From Candidatus Hydrogenedentota bacterium (GTDB taxonomy: Bacteria > Hydrogenedentota > Hydrogenedentia > Hydrogenedentales > SLHB01): a stretch of 64,000 bases of DNA. Shown in pieces: positions 62,088 through 64,000 of the stretch; the first letter of the stretch is position 1; each line of letters begins with the position of its first letter. The notes under the pieces are model-generated. The model searched no databases. It had not been told where the DNA came from and worked only from the letters and a program-made list of their open reading frames with translations. A program made the position numbers and the translations under genes. The stretch spans positions 8,900 through 72,899 of the forward strand of contig DAIPKA010000033.1 of the NCBI GenBank assembly GCA_036769985.1. Reading direction: 5' to 3'.

Positions 62088-64000
62088 TCAGTCCAGCGCC
62101 TTCGCGATGATGCCGAGGTCGCCGGCCTTCGCCTTACCCGATGGCGCCCCGCACAAGACCTTCAGCGCCGGCTTCATTACGGCCAAAGGATCCGAGCCGC
62201 CGCCATACGCCTTGAGGTTCTCGCGCAACCATCCGAGAATCGTTGCCGCATCCGATGCGGCCAGTTCCGAGGCGCGTCCGAGGAACGCCGGCGTGAACGT
62301 TTTGTCGAAGGCCTGTTTGAGATCCGTCTCGACGTGATCCGGAATCCGACCGGCGGCCTTCGAGAGCGAGTAGCCCAGGCGTTCGAGGCAGACGCCATAC
62401 ATCTCGGTCGCCAGGCCGTAGGCGCGGGCCTTGGCCTCGGCGCGGCTCGCGCCCGGCGCCTCTGCTTCGGCGTAGACCTTCACCTTGGGCTCGGTGCCGG
62501 ACGGGCGGATGATCGTCCGCGCCCCGTCGAAGCGGAACATGAGCAGGTTGCTTGACTTGTCCTCTGACGACACGATCTCGACATCCGGCCATCCCGGCGT
62601 CTGGCCGATGGGTCGCTCGCCCAGGAAATCGCGGAACTCGACGACGTCGCGGTCGCCCACCCGTTTGGGCGGATCGGCGCGCAACGAGAGCATGAGCGCC
62701 TTCATCTGATCCGAGCCCTTCATGCCGCTCATGAGCACCGAACGGATATCGTTTCCGAAATTGCCGGAGTTGGCGGCCACCTCGTCCACATAGTCGAGAA
62801 TGGTTTTCCCTTCGGCGGCGAGTTTGACCACGAGGTCGGCAAGTACCAGCGCGGCGCCGGCCGCGTCCTTATCGCGGATCTTCGGTGTCAGCAAGAATCC
62901 GTGGCTCTCCTCACAGGCGAGGATGAGGTCCTCGGCGCGGCCGTCGACGTCGTGGTAGCGGCCGTCGAACTCGAGGCCGTGGAGCACGTGGGCGATATAC
63001 TTGAAGCCCACCAGCAGGTCACTGACGATCGAGCAGCCGCCGTTGCGCGCGATGCGTTCGATCATCCCCGTCGTGACGGCCGTCGTGATGACGATGCCCT
63101 TTCTGCGCGGGCCGCGCTCCGCGTCGATGACGAGATAATACGCGAGAATCGACGCGATTTCGTTGCCGTTGAGATGAACCCATCGACCGTCGGCGCCTTT
63201 GGCGATGAGGCCGAGCCGGTCGGCGTCGGGATCCGTCGAGATCACGATGGACGCGCCGCACGCGTCCGCCGTCTCGGTCGCCGGCCATGGGGCCTGTGGC
63301 ACTTCGGGATTCGGCAGCCGGAACGGGATGGTATGGAAGGTCCCGTCGAACGTGGCCTGCGGCTCGTGAAGAACGAGGTTGTGCCCGGCCGCCCGGAGCA
63401 CTTCGGCCACGGTGGTCAGGCCGGTGCCCGAGAGCGGCGTGTAGACAATAGGCGGCGCCTGCTTGCCCAGGACGGGCAGCGTGCCTCGGCGCAATTCGAG
63501 ACTCGATTCGAGATATGCCGTGTGGCCTTCGGGGGAAATCCCCCTGATCAGGCCACCCGCTACGCCGTCCGCAAACGGCATGCGTTTGATCGCGCCGGGA
63601 CCGTTCATGAAATCGGCCAGTTCCTCGTCATGCGGCGGCACGTCCTGGGCGCCGTCCGTGTTGAAGAACTTGTAGCCGTTATCGTCGGGATGGTTGTGCG
63701 AGGCACTGACGTTGATGCCGCCCAGGGCGCCGAGATGGCGGATCAGAAACGACAGTTCCGGTGTGGACAGGTAGCCTTTGGGTTCGCCCGGCTTCACGAA
63801 AAAGCACATGACGCCGTTGCCGGCATAGATCTCGGCGGCGATCCCGGCGAGTATCCGCGACGAGAGATCTAACATGGGATTGTCGTCGAGGAAATCATAC
63901 GTGCCGCAAATATCCTTGAAGATCCGCACATCGCACGCAATGACCACGGTCTTCTCGCCCGACATCCGCTCGATCAGGTAGTTGCAGTGACCTTGAACGG
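62088..64000 (-). CDS. Phosphoglucomutase/phosphomannomutase-family phosphohexomutase (5' end outside window)
   Basis: Active-site GGINVSASHNHPDDNGYKFF, a metal loop region (ISTDPDADRLG), and a sugar/phosphate loop (IIRPSGTEPKVKVY). The frame stays open upstream of ATG 63965 to base 64000 (..VQGHCNYLIER-MSGEK..), and the usual N-terminal approximately 50 aa are missing. Confidence 0.85.
   Translation of the reverse strand, partial: VQGHCNYLIERMSGEKTVVIACDVRIFKDICGTYDFLDDNPMLDLSSRILAGIAAEIYAGNGVMCFFVKPGEPKGYLSTPELSFLIRHLGALGGINVSASHNHPDDNGYKFFNTDGAQDVPPHDEELADFMNGPGAIKRMPFADGVAGGLIRGISPEGHTAYLESSLELRRGTLPVLGKQAPPIVYTPLSGTGLTTVAEVLRAAGHNLVLHEPQATFDGTFHTIPFRLPNPEVPQAPWPATETADACGASIVISTDPDADRLGLIAKGADGRWVHLNGNEIASILAYYLVIDAERGPRRKGIVITTAVTTGMIERIARNGGCSIVSDLLVGFKYIAHVLHGLEFDGRYHDVDGRAEDLILACEESHGFLLTPKIRDKDAAGAALVLADLVVKLAAEGKTILDYVDEVAANSGNFGNDIRSVLMSGMKGSDQMKALMLSLRADPPKRVGDRDVVEFRDFLGERPIGQTPGWPDVEIVSSEDKSSNLLMFRFDGARTIIRPSGTEPKVKVYAEAEAPGASRAEAKARAYGLATEMYGVCLERLGYSLSKAAGRIPDHVETDLKQAFDKTFTPAFLGRASELAASDAATILGWLRENLKAYGGGSDPLAVMKPALKVLCGAPSGKAKAGDLGIIAKALD

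Overview
GC-rich, densely coding bacterial chromosomal window with about 40 protein genes on both strands. I recognised no rRNA, tRNA, CRISPR array, transposase, integrase or phage genes. All family calls come from motifs read in the supplied translations, not from searches.

Content in order:
- 5'-truncated ftsA followed by a small FlgM-like ORF, with no ftsZ; a convergent outer-membrane beta-barrel; a membrane metallophosphoesterase; the conserved ftsH-folP-glmM trio.
- A type IV pilus motor/signalling block: a PilZ gene divergent from an unusual T2SSE_N(MshEN-like)/DnaA-like AAA+ fusion, then pilB, pilT, and a PilS-like kinase and PilR-like regulator.
- A roughly 1030-aa MprF-flippase-like / alkaline-phosphatase-superfamily fusion.
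- Housekeeping genes: yjbQ, class II DAHP synthase, ltaE.
- A minus-strand cluster: DUF1015, enoyl-CoA hydratase, a Tat-signal ceramidase-like fusion and an unknown membrane protein.
- A 1250-aa M4 metalloprotease with IPT and dockerin modules, followed by a TolB-like propeller and a metallophosphoesterase.
- glnK-amtB with a sigma-54-type promoter.
- A sugar/secreted-enzyme cluster: XRE-cupin regulator, rhaA, TIM-barrel isomerases, an SGNH-like/TPR protein, a TolB-like propeller and an FGE-like lipoprotein.
- A 1724-aa Ig-repeat surface protein preceded by an 860-nt ORF-poor leader, and a heparinase II/III-like gene.
- A radical-SAM gene translationally coupled to a 7TM-GAF-PAS kinase; a PfkB kinase; a DUF1559 pseudopilin; a 5'-truncated phosphohexomutase.

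The DUF1559 pseudopilin, PEP-CTERM-like tail and dockerin suggest a PVC-superphylum-like or related candidate-phylum organism; this is inference only.

The best candidate for something undescribed is the MshEN-like/DnaA-like AAA+ fusion heading the pilB-pilT-pilS-pilR unit. Next are the flippase-like/AP-superfamily fusion and the ceramidase-like/Ntn-like fusion operon.
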